A DNA stretch of 64,000 nt, from contig OZ241826.1 of assembly GCA_965202585.1 (NCBI GenBank), positions 26,412,001 to 26,476,000 on the forward strand. The letters run 5' to 3'. The position numbers were made by a program, and so were the translations under genes. The notes beneath the pieces were generated by a model. It had not been told where the DNA came from, did no database searches, and was given only the letters and a program-made list of their open reading frames with translations. The DNA comes from Thalia democratica. Its lineage: Eukaryota. Shown here in pieces: positions 33,690 to 44,826 of this stretch (the first letter of the stretch is position 1; the number at the start of each line of letters is the position of its first letter).

Positions 33690-36600
33690 TTACATTATAA
33701 AACTGTCTCTACCTAAACTAAAAATGGCGAATTGACCAGCTTCAAATAATTGTTTTCTAACTGAACACAGTTACGCCAATTAAGTAACTGTTTTATTTTT
33801 GAGGTCTTGTTTATAATTTTTTAAGAATAGTTTTTGTAGTACGATTAAGCAAAGTTTTTTTTTTGTATACAAGAATGAGCATATTATACTTACTTGTCTT
33901 GTCAAAATTATATTTTTGCTTAAAAGCATTTAGTATCCTCAAATTCGTATGTTTGTAATGCGTCTACATTTAATTGAAAGATTTTATATTTTCTTACTGA
34001 TTTAATCTATGTAAACACAAGGGTACACTTGTCTTAAAACTGTAGTTTACGCTTGGGCTTTATGTAGCCCAACTAGCTCGTTTCTACTATTTCTTTATTT
34101 AGTCTACTACTATTATTCTTATCTTTTATTGAACTTTCAAGTCGTTTTAAAAGGTTAGTTTTGGTAGATTTTTTTAAGGTAAGTTGTGTATTCTGCCTTA
34201 ATTACGTAAGAAGTATCGATAAAGTAATGTAATCATAGCATCATAAAAAATATTGGATAAGGTGCCTCTTAATTAAATAACACATATGTATGTGGCAATT
34301 AACTCTTTTTTTTATTTAATTGCTGCGTATTTAATTAAACTAGTATCAAAATTACAATAAATTCTTAATACTTAATCATTAATTTTTATCATTTTGTGCT
34401 GGTTTATATGATTATTTCTAGTTTTATGTCACAAACAACATATATTTATCTTTGAATTTAAAAAATTAAACTGTTTCTTTCAAGTAATAATTACAGTTGA
34501 AATACACTTAGAGGCTTTATAAGTTTAAAGGTTTTGTTTTTCAGCTGTAATTTATGTTGTGCCATTTAAGCCAAACTTTTGGTCTACAAGGTTGTGTTTA
34601 CCAAACATTATGTTTGCTAATGTCTTATCTAAGCACAAACTTGCTGTTTAGTAATTTAAAAGAATTAAATCTCCCTAGTTCGTATTTTTTTAAAGCGCAT
34701 CTATTTAAAATAAGTATTTTATTGCTTAGCCATAACACTGTTCATATTTCAAATAACAAAGGCATTTTACCTATGTAAATCTTTCAACTTAGATCATCAG
34801 TTTGGTTTTAATTGTCTAATTAAACAATCAATTAATAGCTAATTATCACTAATTCGCCCTTTTATTAACTTATTTTTCTACATTAACTATTTATTTTATA
34901 CTAATCACTTTGATAGAAAAGTATTTCTTAAGTAAACAATTAAGTATGCATTCAGTTTTAAACAATACCTTACCGCGCTGAAGATTAATTTATGTTATAA
35001 TTACTTTCAATTCTTAATATATAATCTTTGATTTTATTCTTAATTAATCTTAATAACTAATTTTGTTGCGCTGCTTTATATGGTTATTTCCAATTTTATG
35101 TTTTAAACAATAAACGGTCTGTATTAAATTAAATCGTTATGTATGACTTTATTTTACACTAATATATATAACTCTAAACCAAATACTGGCGAAGTTATAA
35201 AACTGTGCCGATTAAGTAAACATTTCAATTTTGAGGTCGTATTTTGTTTTTTTCAACTTGTTTAGTTGTTTTTGGTGGTTTTTTAGTATAAGATTGTATA
35301 TACTATGGTCTTATTTTCTGTCAACTAATTTGAAAACTTCCTTAGTTTTACATGTTCTAAAGCTCGTCTACTTGATTTAAACTTTTTAAAACATATTTTT
35401 TTTTACAGTTCTTTTTTGAAATCTTTATATAAAGAAAGGTTAGAAAACGGTGAAGTAAATTTATTTAGTTTTAATTTATTTATGGGTCAATCTAAGTCTT
35501 ATCAATCAAAAACGGATCATGTTTTAGTGATTGTTTCATTATTATTACTGTAGAATACTTGAAAGTTTGTTTAAAAAAAATTGGTTTTTCATGAATTTGT
35601 TCTAAAGTTTGTTTATAAGTCTAATTCGTTATTATGTTCTAAATTTAATTTTTTCTTGATTTAATTCTACTTCGATAAATTTTGGTTTAAAAGTGAGTTT
35701 TATATTATAAAGTTTGTTTTACTCATGGTTTAGATATATTTTTAGTTAACACTTCATTGTTTTGTTCATGTTACTGTAAAATAACTTTGCAATTTAAATA
35801 CCAAGGTTATTTGGAAACTTTTCCACGGGTTCTCTTTAGTTAATAATATTTGTAAATAGTTTTAGTTCTTTTAAGTGCAAGTAATTTTGCACAATAATTT
35901 TCAATCAAGTTCAAATTTCTCATAATAAACGTCTTTGTTTGTCCACATAAAATTGTATGCATTATTAAAGTAACGAAATATCTTTTTTTATCCATATAGT
36001 TTAGGTGTTTTAGTTGAAATTTATTTGGTCTTATTACACACTATTATTACGTCATCATATAGTCTCATTAAGTGTGGTAGTTTTCTCTACATTAACATAT
36101 GCTTTAAAGTGTCAAGATGTATTGATGAAGAGCTTTTATTAATGTTTTATCATTCAAGTTTTAGTATTTTCTTAGTTATTGCATTGTTATTCGTATGTTA
36201 ATTATTACACTTATTTTTGTTAATTATTAATCATCTGTAGAACTACTTGGTTGGTTTGATTTTGGATGCAATTAAACGTTAGGTTATTAGAAATCTATGA
36301 TGTGTTTTTACTTAATTTAAGTGAAGCAGTTGTTTACGGATTTAATACTAATTTCCTTTAATTTCACTTCATAACTACAAATAATCCTGCTTGTAACTAC
36401 CTTATCTACTTAGACTATTTACTCTACATCTAGTTTTACTAAAAAAGTATGTTTATTACCATATAAAATTCAACTGAATCGCTAAATCTAGTTTTAAAAT
36501 GTCTGCAACATACTTGCTTACCTTACAAATTATTCACTAGAGATTTTAGTTTTAAATGAACCAAATTTTAATAAGCGTATAACGTTCAATTGATAATGGT

Positions 36601-37970
36601 ATTATGGCAACTCTGGTTCGTAAATTTGTCCTACTTTTGTCGAAATTTACGTTATTCAATCATTTCAATTTAAAAAAATATTGGTTTAGCATAGAGCTTT
36701 GAACTATGATTTATGTCGTATTCGTGAATAAATATACTTATTCTCAACAAGACTAAAATTAGATCCAATTTCGTATTTTTAGCTGGTATAAAATTCTTCC
36801 GTTCGTTTTACTGTGATGTTAACTAAAGTTTTCTTTAACTATGGTTTCTCTTTAATCATTCTAATATATACATCTATATATTTTGTTTTATTCTCCTATT
36901 ATTTTCAGAACATACTGATTTTTAAATTAAAATTTGCTCTTAGTATTTTATTATGAACTATTATCTTGTCGCGCTGGTTTATATTACTAATTCCAGATTT
37001 ATTCTAAAAACAACATTTAACTTTAACTTACAGATAATAATTACAGCTCGAATATACTTTCTATATAAAAGCTTATTAAAGTCCTGTAAAACTTATTAGG
37101 TCTTTAACGCCAAACATTATATGTTTCTCTAAATTCAAAAACTTAAAATTAACTTATGTTTTTATTATAATCAAGGCCAGTTCAAAAACCATTTTAATTT
37201 TGGGGTCTCGTTTAGTTATTGTTTACAGTAATTTTGGTAACTCCATATTGTTTTGTATTTCATACATAATGGTCTTGTCTAAGTTGTATTTTTAAAAAAT
37301 TTTTCAATAAAGTTGAAAAACATTGAAAATAGGTACTACATTTAGAGTCTTATGAAATCTAAACTGTTTGGTTTAACAATGCCTCAATATTTCATACATG
37401 TTTCAATAACTAAAACAGTTAACTAAATACTATGTTATGATTTATTGCCCATCTTTTCTTAAAGATTCTGATCATTTATACTTCTGCTTATCACCAACAT
37501 AAAACTCAATGGAATTAGGCAAATTAATTCTCTTTTCATATGTTTGTGAGTTTTCCAAATGTAACTACTTCGTTGTAGCATTCATTGTATTCAATGTAGT
37601 TTTTTCTAATGTTATGGGATCGTTTTTAATTGGACAAGTATTTGTTAAAGTTCAACAAAACTCGGAATTAGTTCAAATGTGTATTTTACTAATGATTTAT
37701 TTCTTTCCTTTTAACAAAATTACATCATATTTTAGTAAATAGTTCATTGATGTTGCTGTAGAACTTTTTTAAATTGTAAAAACATGTTTGTATGGTTTCT
37801 TATGAAATTGTCCTAATGTTTATTTATAAGTCTAATTTGTTATTATGCTTCAAATTTCTTATTTCGTAAGTTAATTCTATTTTAATAAACTAAAGTTAGG
37901 TCCAGCTTTATATTTTTAGTTAACACTTCATTGTTTTTTGTTGTTTCAGTAAAACTATTTCAAGGTTTAC
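33690..37970. repeat. Highly diverged 2-3-unit direct repeat (period about 1.5-2.2 kb)
   Basis: Shared anchors gcc(a/g)attaagtaa...tttttgaggtc at about 33777, 35208 and 37176; gcgctg(c/g)tttatat at 35068 and 36971; tatttttagttaacacttcattgttt at about 35738 and 37912. Confidence 0.55.
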
Positions 37971-39831
37971 TTAAAAATAAATCTATGTGTTCTTTTTAAT
38001 TAATGTTATTTGTGTATAAGTCTATTTTGTTGTTATATTATGCTTTTTTGTTTGTCTATTTAGTTATATTTCTTGCCGAATAAGTAAAGACTGAATATAA
38101 TTATATATATTTATATTTTAAGTGTATTTTGTATGTTTTGGAAAATAAAGGTAGGATAGTTATTTATTTATAAGTAAATAAAACTTTTGGATTAACTAAA
38201 ATATATGTTTCAATCTAAACGAAATTATTGTTAGATAAGTTAGATAAATCGTATTGTTAGATAGCTTATAATTTCTTATGTCTGTCAAGTTATTTTAATT
38301 TTTGTTCAACCTGAACTAATAGCGTTTGTTATTGAGAGTTAATGCTGTTTCGTATTTAATTCTATTAACAGCCCAAAACTAAGCAGAATTTTATTTTTAA
38401 AGTTAGGTTTAAACTAAAAGTAAAGCTTGATGTTTTATAGTATATATCCTTGGTGTTGTACTATGAATGATGCATTTTTATAGTAGACAACCTTGGTATT
38501 ATTCTATAAGTAACACAGCAGTTTTGCATTGTAGTTTAGTATGTCAGTATCTATTGTAATTCAAGTAGTTAAACTATTTTATTGTATTTAATACTAAGTC
38601 TCATAAATAGCAATAAAAATTTTTTTTTGTATTTAATTATCTTGTAGACTGTTTGTTTATAAAAGTCAGTTAAAAGTTGCTCATGTCACTATTTTAATTT
38701 AATTTCAATTAGACATACTACGTGTTATTTGTTTTACTTAAAATTTATAAGCAACCACACGAATTTATTTGACAATAAAAGCAACGTTTAACGACTCAAC
38801 AGTTTTAAATAGTTATTGTAATCAAACTTGTTATAATTATTCTTTTGTAATCGACTTTAGATACTGTTTTTAGTACGATAATATGTCCTTTAAGTAGCAA
38901 ATGACAAGACACAATTTAATAACTAAAGTAACTGCTATTACAATTATATCGTCTATTTATAAAAGTTTAAGTACACCTATAAGTCTTGTTTTCGCGTAGA
39001 CTATAAGTTAATTATGTCTCTATTTTAGTTTAATTACAATTGAATCTTAACAATTGTTTAAGTAAGAAATCAGGTTTATTTTAATTTTATTTTCAATTCC
39101 TTATTTCTTATAAGCTTTAAATTTAAATTTAATGTTTATAAGTTTAATTTACTTTTATTCTTTAAATTAAAATTGTAATGTAAGTAAATTTGTAAAGTGT
39201 CCGTTTTATTAAATATTAAATATAATTTACTCTTTTACCCAAATGTTGTTAATTGACGAAATGACGTAAAAATAAAATTATTTGATTTTAATGTTATTTA
39301 TTCTTTTTTTTTTACTAAGACACTATTAAATCATTTTTTATCTTTCCAATAAACTGTTTAGATTCTATCTTTAAAATGAAGAAGTTTGCTAGTTATACAT
39401 GACAATCAAAAAATTGTAAAAATCTGCTTAAGTTTTACTTTAAGTAATAATATAAACAAAATTACTTTACGTTTATCAAAGTTTAAACATTTAATTTATC
39501 ATACTAGTTAATAATAAACTTATAACTTAATGAATAAATATTGTCTTGAAGTAACATCGTTTAATAAGATAACTGTCTTAAAATGTATAAAAAGCATCGA
39601 AGCTTGTTTAATGTTGTACTTATATACTACTTTTTGATTCATCCATAGTACTGTGCTTACTCCAATAAAATGTTTTGGTTCTCATTGATAGTTACCAAAC
39701 TTTTTGTTTTATTTTAGGCATAAGCGCTACAAGTTTTTAAACAATTTAATAATATTATGAACTAAATAAGTTATATGCAATTAAATTATCATGCAAAATT
39801 ATATAATCTCGAAAACGTAATAATTTCATGT

Positions 39832-39903
39832 GGAACAATAGTGTAGAGGTCAATGCTCGCGCCCCTCAGTCCAGAGACCCGAGTTCGAGCCCTCGCTGCA
39901 TTA
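39832..39903 (+). mobile_element. tRNA-derived SINE head / tRNA-like pseudogene
   Basis: Pol III A-box-like TAGTGTAGAGG (39839-39849) and B box GTTCGAGCC (39883-39891) at tRNA spacing, but no acceptor stem. Confidence 0.6.
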
Positions 39904-40739
39904 CTTTTTACCAACATAATTTCCTTGATTTTAAACTTTCTTAGATGAGTTGTAGTTCTTATTTTTAATTAATGCATCAATTTCTATTCAAGTGTGTATT
40001 GATTTTAAGAGTGACTCACGAATTACCTTAGAATTGTTTTAAAATGCAGAAAAATATTAATTAAATTAAGATATATACTGGCGTATACTTATTTTTGTAT
40101 ACCCTTATCCCAGCTCACTTGAACATGGAACAAACGAAAAAATTATTTAATATTTAAAATTAGAAATAAATTGACAAAGTGTTTGAAAAATTATTTTTGA
40201 CATAAGCAAACTACTAGCAGGTTTTTGAAGTTGACCTTTAATAGCTTTTATCAATAAATGAATACATTTGTGGAAAAATAAAATTTTAATTATAAAAGTT
40301 TATATTAACCTCTTGTAAGTTTAGTTTGTTTTAATACACCAACACCAGATTCATTACGGTTAAAGCATAGATTTTCATTAGTTTTCTTTAATTAATAAAA
40401 AATTTATTTGTAGCAACTCGACAAAGCAAAATTTTTGCAACAAAATATTATTAATTAGAAATATGTAAAACTCAGTTAATGGAAAAGGAGAGTTGGTTGT
40501 AAGTTCACACTTTTAAGTTCTTATCTACTAAAGTGTTTGGAAATAAATTCGGAGTTTAAACAGTATATATTAACACAAAATGATTCTATAATGAGTTTAA
40601 AAAAGAATTTGTTTAAACTGGAAAGATAAAAAACGCTAAACAAACTCTAAACCAATGGCTTATTCTATTTTGAAAAATGTTCTGCTTCTTTTAATTTTCA
40701 AGTTCAATTCTCAAAACAATCAAATAAACATTTTCAAAG

Positions 40740-40792
40740 GGACAGACCGAATCAGACGCCCAACACCGCCGAGGTACTTCAATTACCAATAA
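40740..40792 (+). pseudogene. Internally deleted copy of the last CUB exon
   Basis: 53 of 159 nt remain: deletions of 9, 92 and 5 nt plus substitutions; the 92-nt deletion joins two CCAAC motifs. Confidence 0.85.
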
Positions 40793-43460
40793 ATATACTT
40801 TGATGTTACTGAATAAACTCGTTGAATAGATTTTATTTTTATTTTTTAAAGTAACAACGCTTGATTACTGTCAGTTTATTGTCTAACTCTGGACCTAGGC
40901 ATTAAAATAAAATTGTTACAAACCTTTAATAAGATAAATAACAAGTTCTGTGTTACATTTTAAAACTTGAAACAGTTTAATTATGCTTCTCATCAAACTT
41001 CTGGTTGTAAAACAATACACCAATACAAAACCGTAATACTGTTGAAACTAAAAAAGAACATATAAACGTTTTCATGCTATTCAAGTATTTAGATGCTGAA
41101 ATCGTCAATTTATCTATCATTAACTTTTTTTAACTATAAGCTTTCATTAAGTATATTAAACAAAAGGTATTTTCTACGTTTTATTAACATGTACTACTCT
41201 ATAAGTTCGTAAAGGTGATATATTAAGTAAAACAAACGTTTATTACATTTAAGTATAAAGGAAAGTTTTCTGAAAAACATTTTGCTTTAAACTTTTAATG
41301 ATACAAAATGTTAACAAAATTTAATTTCTAAACAGGTAAAACCGTTTATAAAAAAAATTACTTTTCATCATAAAATAAAAGTTAGAAATAAGCTGTTATA
41401 AAAGTTGTTAAAAAAAAACAAGGCAAAGTATAAAACTTTAAATTAGACTAGAAGCGAGCAAACTATGGGCCAACTGCTAATTTAGGGCCGTACTTACTTC
41501 AACTAATAAAGCTTTGGAAAAACAACTAAATCTTTTCAAATAAACTTATAGTTTGTAACTACATAAATAGCTAAAAGGAAAAAGTTTTTTTTTGCTAGTT
41601 CTACGACAAACCGATACAAATACCTATTTTAGATAAAATGTTATATATTTCTAGATAGGTACCAGTTTACGATTAACTTTGACTTTAAATATGCACACAA
41701 CTAAAATTAAATGCTACGGCTATAAGCTAAATAAAACTTCAAGTTTTATCAAGTCTTTACTACAAAAAGGAGTTAACTCAAAACAAAATTTAGTATTTTT
41801 TATTTATAATTAGTTTTATACTATCAGTAAAGACTGTTTTTTAAGATATAACTTTTTACAGATAATTTTTATAAAGTGTGTTGTGTTACATTTAGTTACA
41901 TAAAAGTTCCACAAGAAACAAGAAGTTAACAAATTCCTAACTAGTTATGAACAAAAAAAAATCTATTTATTATTAACTTAATCTATTTTTAAAGGTATAC
42001 AACAAAAGTAAAGTTCACGGTAAACTTATGTCTAAATACAACAAGTTTTCAGGGGTATAGAAGTTTACTATTTTTTTTATCTCATAACTACCACTGATAT
42101 TAACTTAAAACTGAGTTTTATTTATAGTTAAGTAAAGACTTTTCCTTTATAGTTTTACTGTTTAAAATATAAATACTTATATACTGTGGTGTACAACTCG
42201 ATAACCGAAAGGTTCTTTTCTACACCACATCCTTATACCAAAATTTTTTAAGGGTTTTTCTTATCGTTCAATAAACAATATATATAACTCGAATTTAATA
42301 TCAATAATAAATTTTATTTTTGAAAAAGATTAAAAAATTTATTGAATTAGAAAAAAAAAAGATAAGGTTTTGTGTTCGACAAAGATAAATATTGAAGGTT
42401 AGTTTAAAAAATGATTAGATGTATTTCTTGTTACAACTTAAGTTACAACTTGGACTTTCGTTTCTAGTTATTGAAATGTTGTACATATCAAATTTTAGTA
42501 CATAAATTGTATTATAAAATAATTTAACATAACCTATCTGATTTAATACCCACAAAATGTTAGTTTTAAAATAATGGACTTTATTTTTGTTTTTAAATGG
42601 AAGTTTTAAAAATAGTAAAAAAAACATTAATTTGTTAGGAGGTCTAAACTTTTAACCGTTTAAGCATTAATCAATACCTTGTGCTTTTACTTTGTTACTA
42701 GTATCTAATGTTCAGAAAAATCCACAAGTTGCGGTCCGCAACAAGGTACTTTTTTTAATTTATTTGTTCTAAATTTCACTTCAACTATACTTTTTTTTTT
42801 GACCTATAATATAAGTAGAAACTTTTCTGGTCGGCGGGCTAAACATATAGATATTATACTGCGTGAAGCGATAATTGTTGAAGACGACAGCAAAAATAAT
42901 CTTTAAAGCAAAAGTAATTTTAAATGAACATTGAAGTAAGCACAACTTTGTACTAAAAATAAAGTTAATAGCATCTTCTTTGAAAAGATATAAAAAACTC
43001 AACTTTAGTTGCGTTTCTATTTATTACGTTTCTAGCCAGATGTTTTTGTTGGGTAGGTCGGACTCGCCCTCATATCTAGCCTATAATTATGTTTAAGCTA
43101 TAAGTCTGACGGTTTTATTTTTAACAACTTTATCATAGAACAGAGATGGTCATACTTGCAGCACACGGCAAGCGACTAACTACTTGATTACTACAATTTG
43201 CACTGAGCAAGAAACGATTTGAACAAAATTTTATAACCATGGCATTATTATTAACTATAGGGGCTAATTTAAAAGTTATATTTCAATAGTTTTATAAAGC
43301 TAAGGCGGAAAGCTGTGTGAAGAAATATGTCACAGCTGGTACTGTGCTTACTCGAATAAAATGTTTTGGTTCAATTTAATAATATTATGAACTAAATAAG
43401 TTATATGCAATTAAATTATCATGCAAAATTATATAATCTTAAAAACGTATCATTTTGTGT

Positions 43461-43532
43461 GGAACAATAGTGTAGAGTTCAGTGCTCGCGCCCCTCAACC
43501 CAGGGACCCGAGTTCGAGCCCTCGCTACATTA
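43461..43532 (+). mobile_element. tRNA-derived SINE head (second copy via local duplication)
   Basis: tagtgtagagttcagtgctcgcgcccctcaacccagggacccgagttcgagccc; same boxes as 39832-39903. Confidence 0.6.
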
Positions 43533-44388
43533 CTTTTTACCAACATAATTTCCTTGATTTTAAACTTTTTTAGATTAGTTGTAGTTCTTATTTTTAATTG
43601 ATGCACAAATTTCTTTTCAAGTGTGTATTGATTTTAAGAGTAACTCATAAACACTTTAATCTCAGAATTGTTTTAAAATGCCGAAAAATATTAATTAAAT
43701 TAAGATATATACTGGCGTATACTTATTTTTGTATACCGTTATCCCTAACCCAGCTCACTTGAACATGGAACAAACAAAACAATTATTAAATATTTAAAAT
43801 TAGAAATAAAATGACAAAGTGTTTGAAAAATTATTTTTGACATAAACAAACTACTAGCAGGTTTGTGAAGCTGACCTTTGATATCTTTTATCAATAAATG
43901 AATACAATTTTGTGGAAAAATAAAATTTTAATTATAAAAGTTTATATTAACCTCTTGTAAGTTTAGTTTATTTTAATACACCAACACCAGATTCATTACG
44001 GTTAAAGCATAGCATTTACATTAGTTTTCTTTAATTAATATAAAAATTACTTGTAGCAACTCGACAAAGCAAAATTTTTGCAACAAAATATTAAATATAA
44101 TAGGAAATATGTAAAACTCAGTTAACGGAAAAGGAGAGCTGGTTGTAAGTTCACACTTTTAAGTTCTTATTTACAAAAGTGTTTGGAAATAAATTCGGAG
44201 TTAAAACAGTATATATTAACACAAAAGGATTCTATAATGAGTTTAAATAAGAATTTGTTTAAACTGGAAAGATTAAAAACGATAAATAAACTCTAAAGCA
44301 ATGGCTTATTCTATTTTGAAAAATTTTCTACTTTTTTTAACGTCCAAGTATTTTAGAGATTAAAAAAATCAAATAAACGTTTTCAAAG

Positions 44389-44547
44389 GTGTACGACGGA
44401 CAAACCGAATCTGACGCCCAACTGGCCAACATTTTCGACAACTACAACCAGAGGTACCACATTGAAGCGACCGGTAACTGGATGTACATCGTGTTCAGAT
44501 CTGACAGCGCCAACACCGCCAAGGGATTCTACTTCGATTACCAATAA
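44389..44547 (+). CDS. Orphan duplicate of the last CUB exon (open frame; no upstream partner exon in this unit)
   Basis: AG acceptor at 44387-44388; VYDGQTESDAQ...GFYFDYQ*; 158/159 nt identical to 14350-14508 (single synonymous tcg/tct change). Expression unproven. Confidence 0.6.
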   Translation: MYDGQTESDAQLANIFDNYNQRYHIEATGNWMYIVFRSDSANTAKGFYFDYQ

Positions 44548-44770
44548 ACATACTTTGATGTTACTGAATAAACTCGTTTAATGTATAATATTTGTATTTG
44601 TATTTATTCTAAGTAAATCTATAATGTTTTTATATGATAAATAAAAATTCCTTCACCATTATTATTTTTTTTTGGAGTAGTTTTCGGGTTTTGATCAAAA
44701 ATATGCTGTACTATCATGTTTCAGTACTACAACTTTGTACCGTTTCCTAATTAAAAAAGCCAATATTTAT

Positions 44771-44826
44771 TTCGGTCATCTGATGAGTCCTAATAAGGAC
44801 GAAACTGGTCGTAGGATTGTCTCGGA
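44771..44826 (+). ncRNA. Minimal type I hammerhead ribozyme motif (Penelope-like element/retrozyme class)
   Basis: CTGATGA (44780-44786), stem II GTCC-taataa-GGAC (44787-44800), GAA (44801-44803), stem III AC-tg-GT, C17 at 44810 (GTC cleavage triplet). Core complete; stem I weak. Confidence 0.75.

Larger units (their letters stand above)
24704..34059. repeat. Segment apparently identical to 52718-62073 (offset 28014)
   Basis: Constant 28014-bp offset at every checkpoint (24901/52915, 25773/53787, 30930/58944, 32191/60205, 34059/62073); no difference seen in the stretches compared, including homopolymer runs. Confidence 0.93.
39650..40850. repeat. Younger local duplication with 43340-44615
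   Basis: About 90-95% identical by eye; both units carry the SINE head, the last CUB intron and the last CUB exon (deleted in this copy, intact in the other). Confidence 0.9.

Noticed and set aside
39832-39903. Functional tRNA gene (also 43461-43532)
   Set aside because: A and B boxes are present but acceptor and anticodon stems do not pair; treated as a SINE head.
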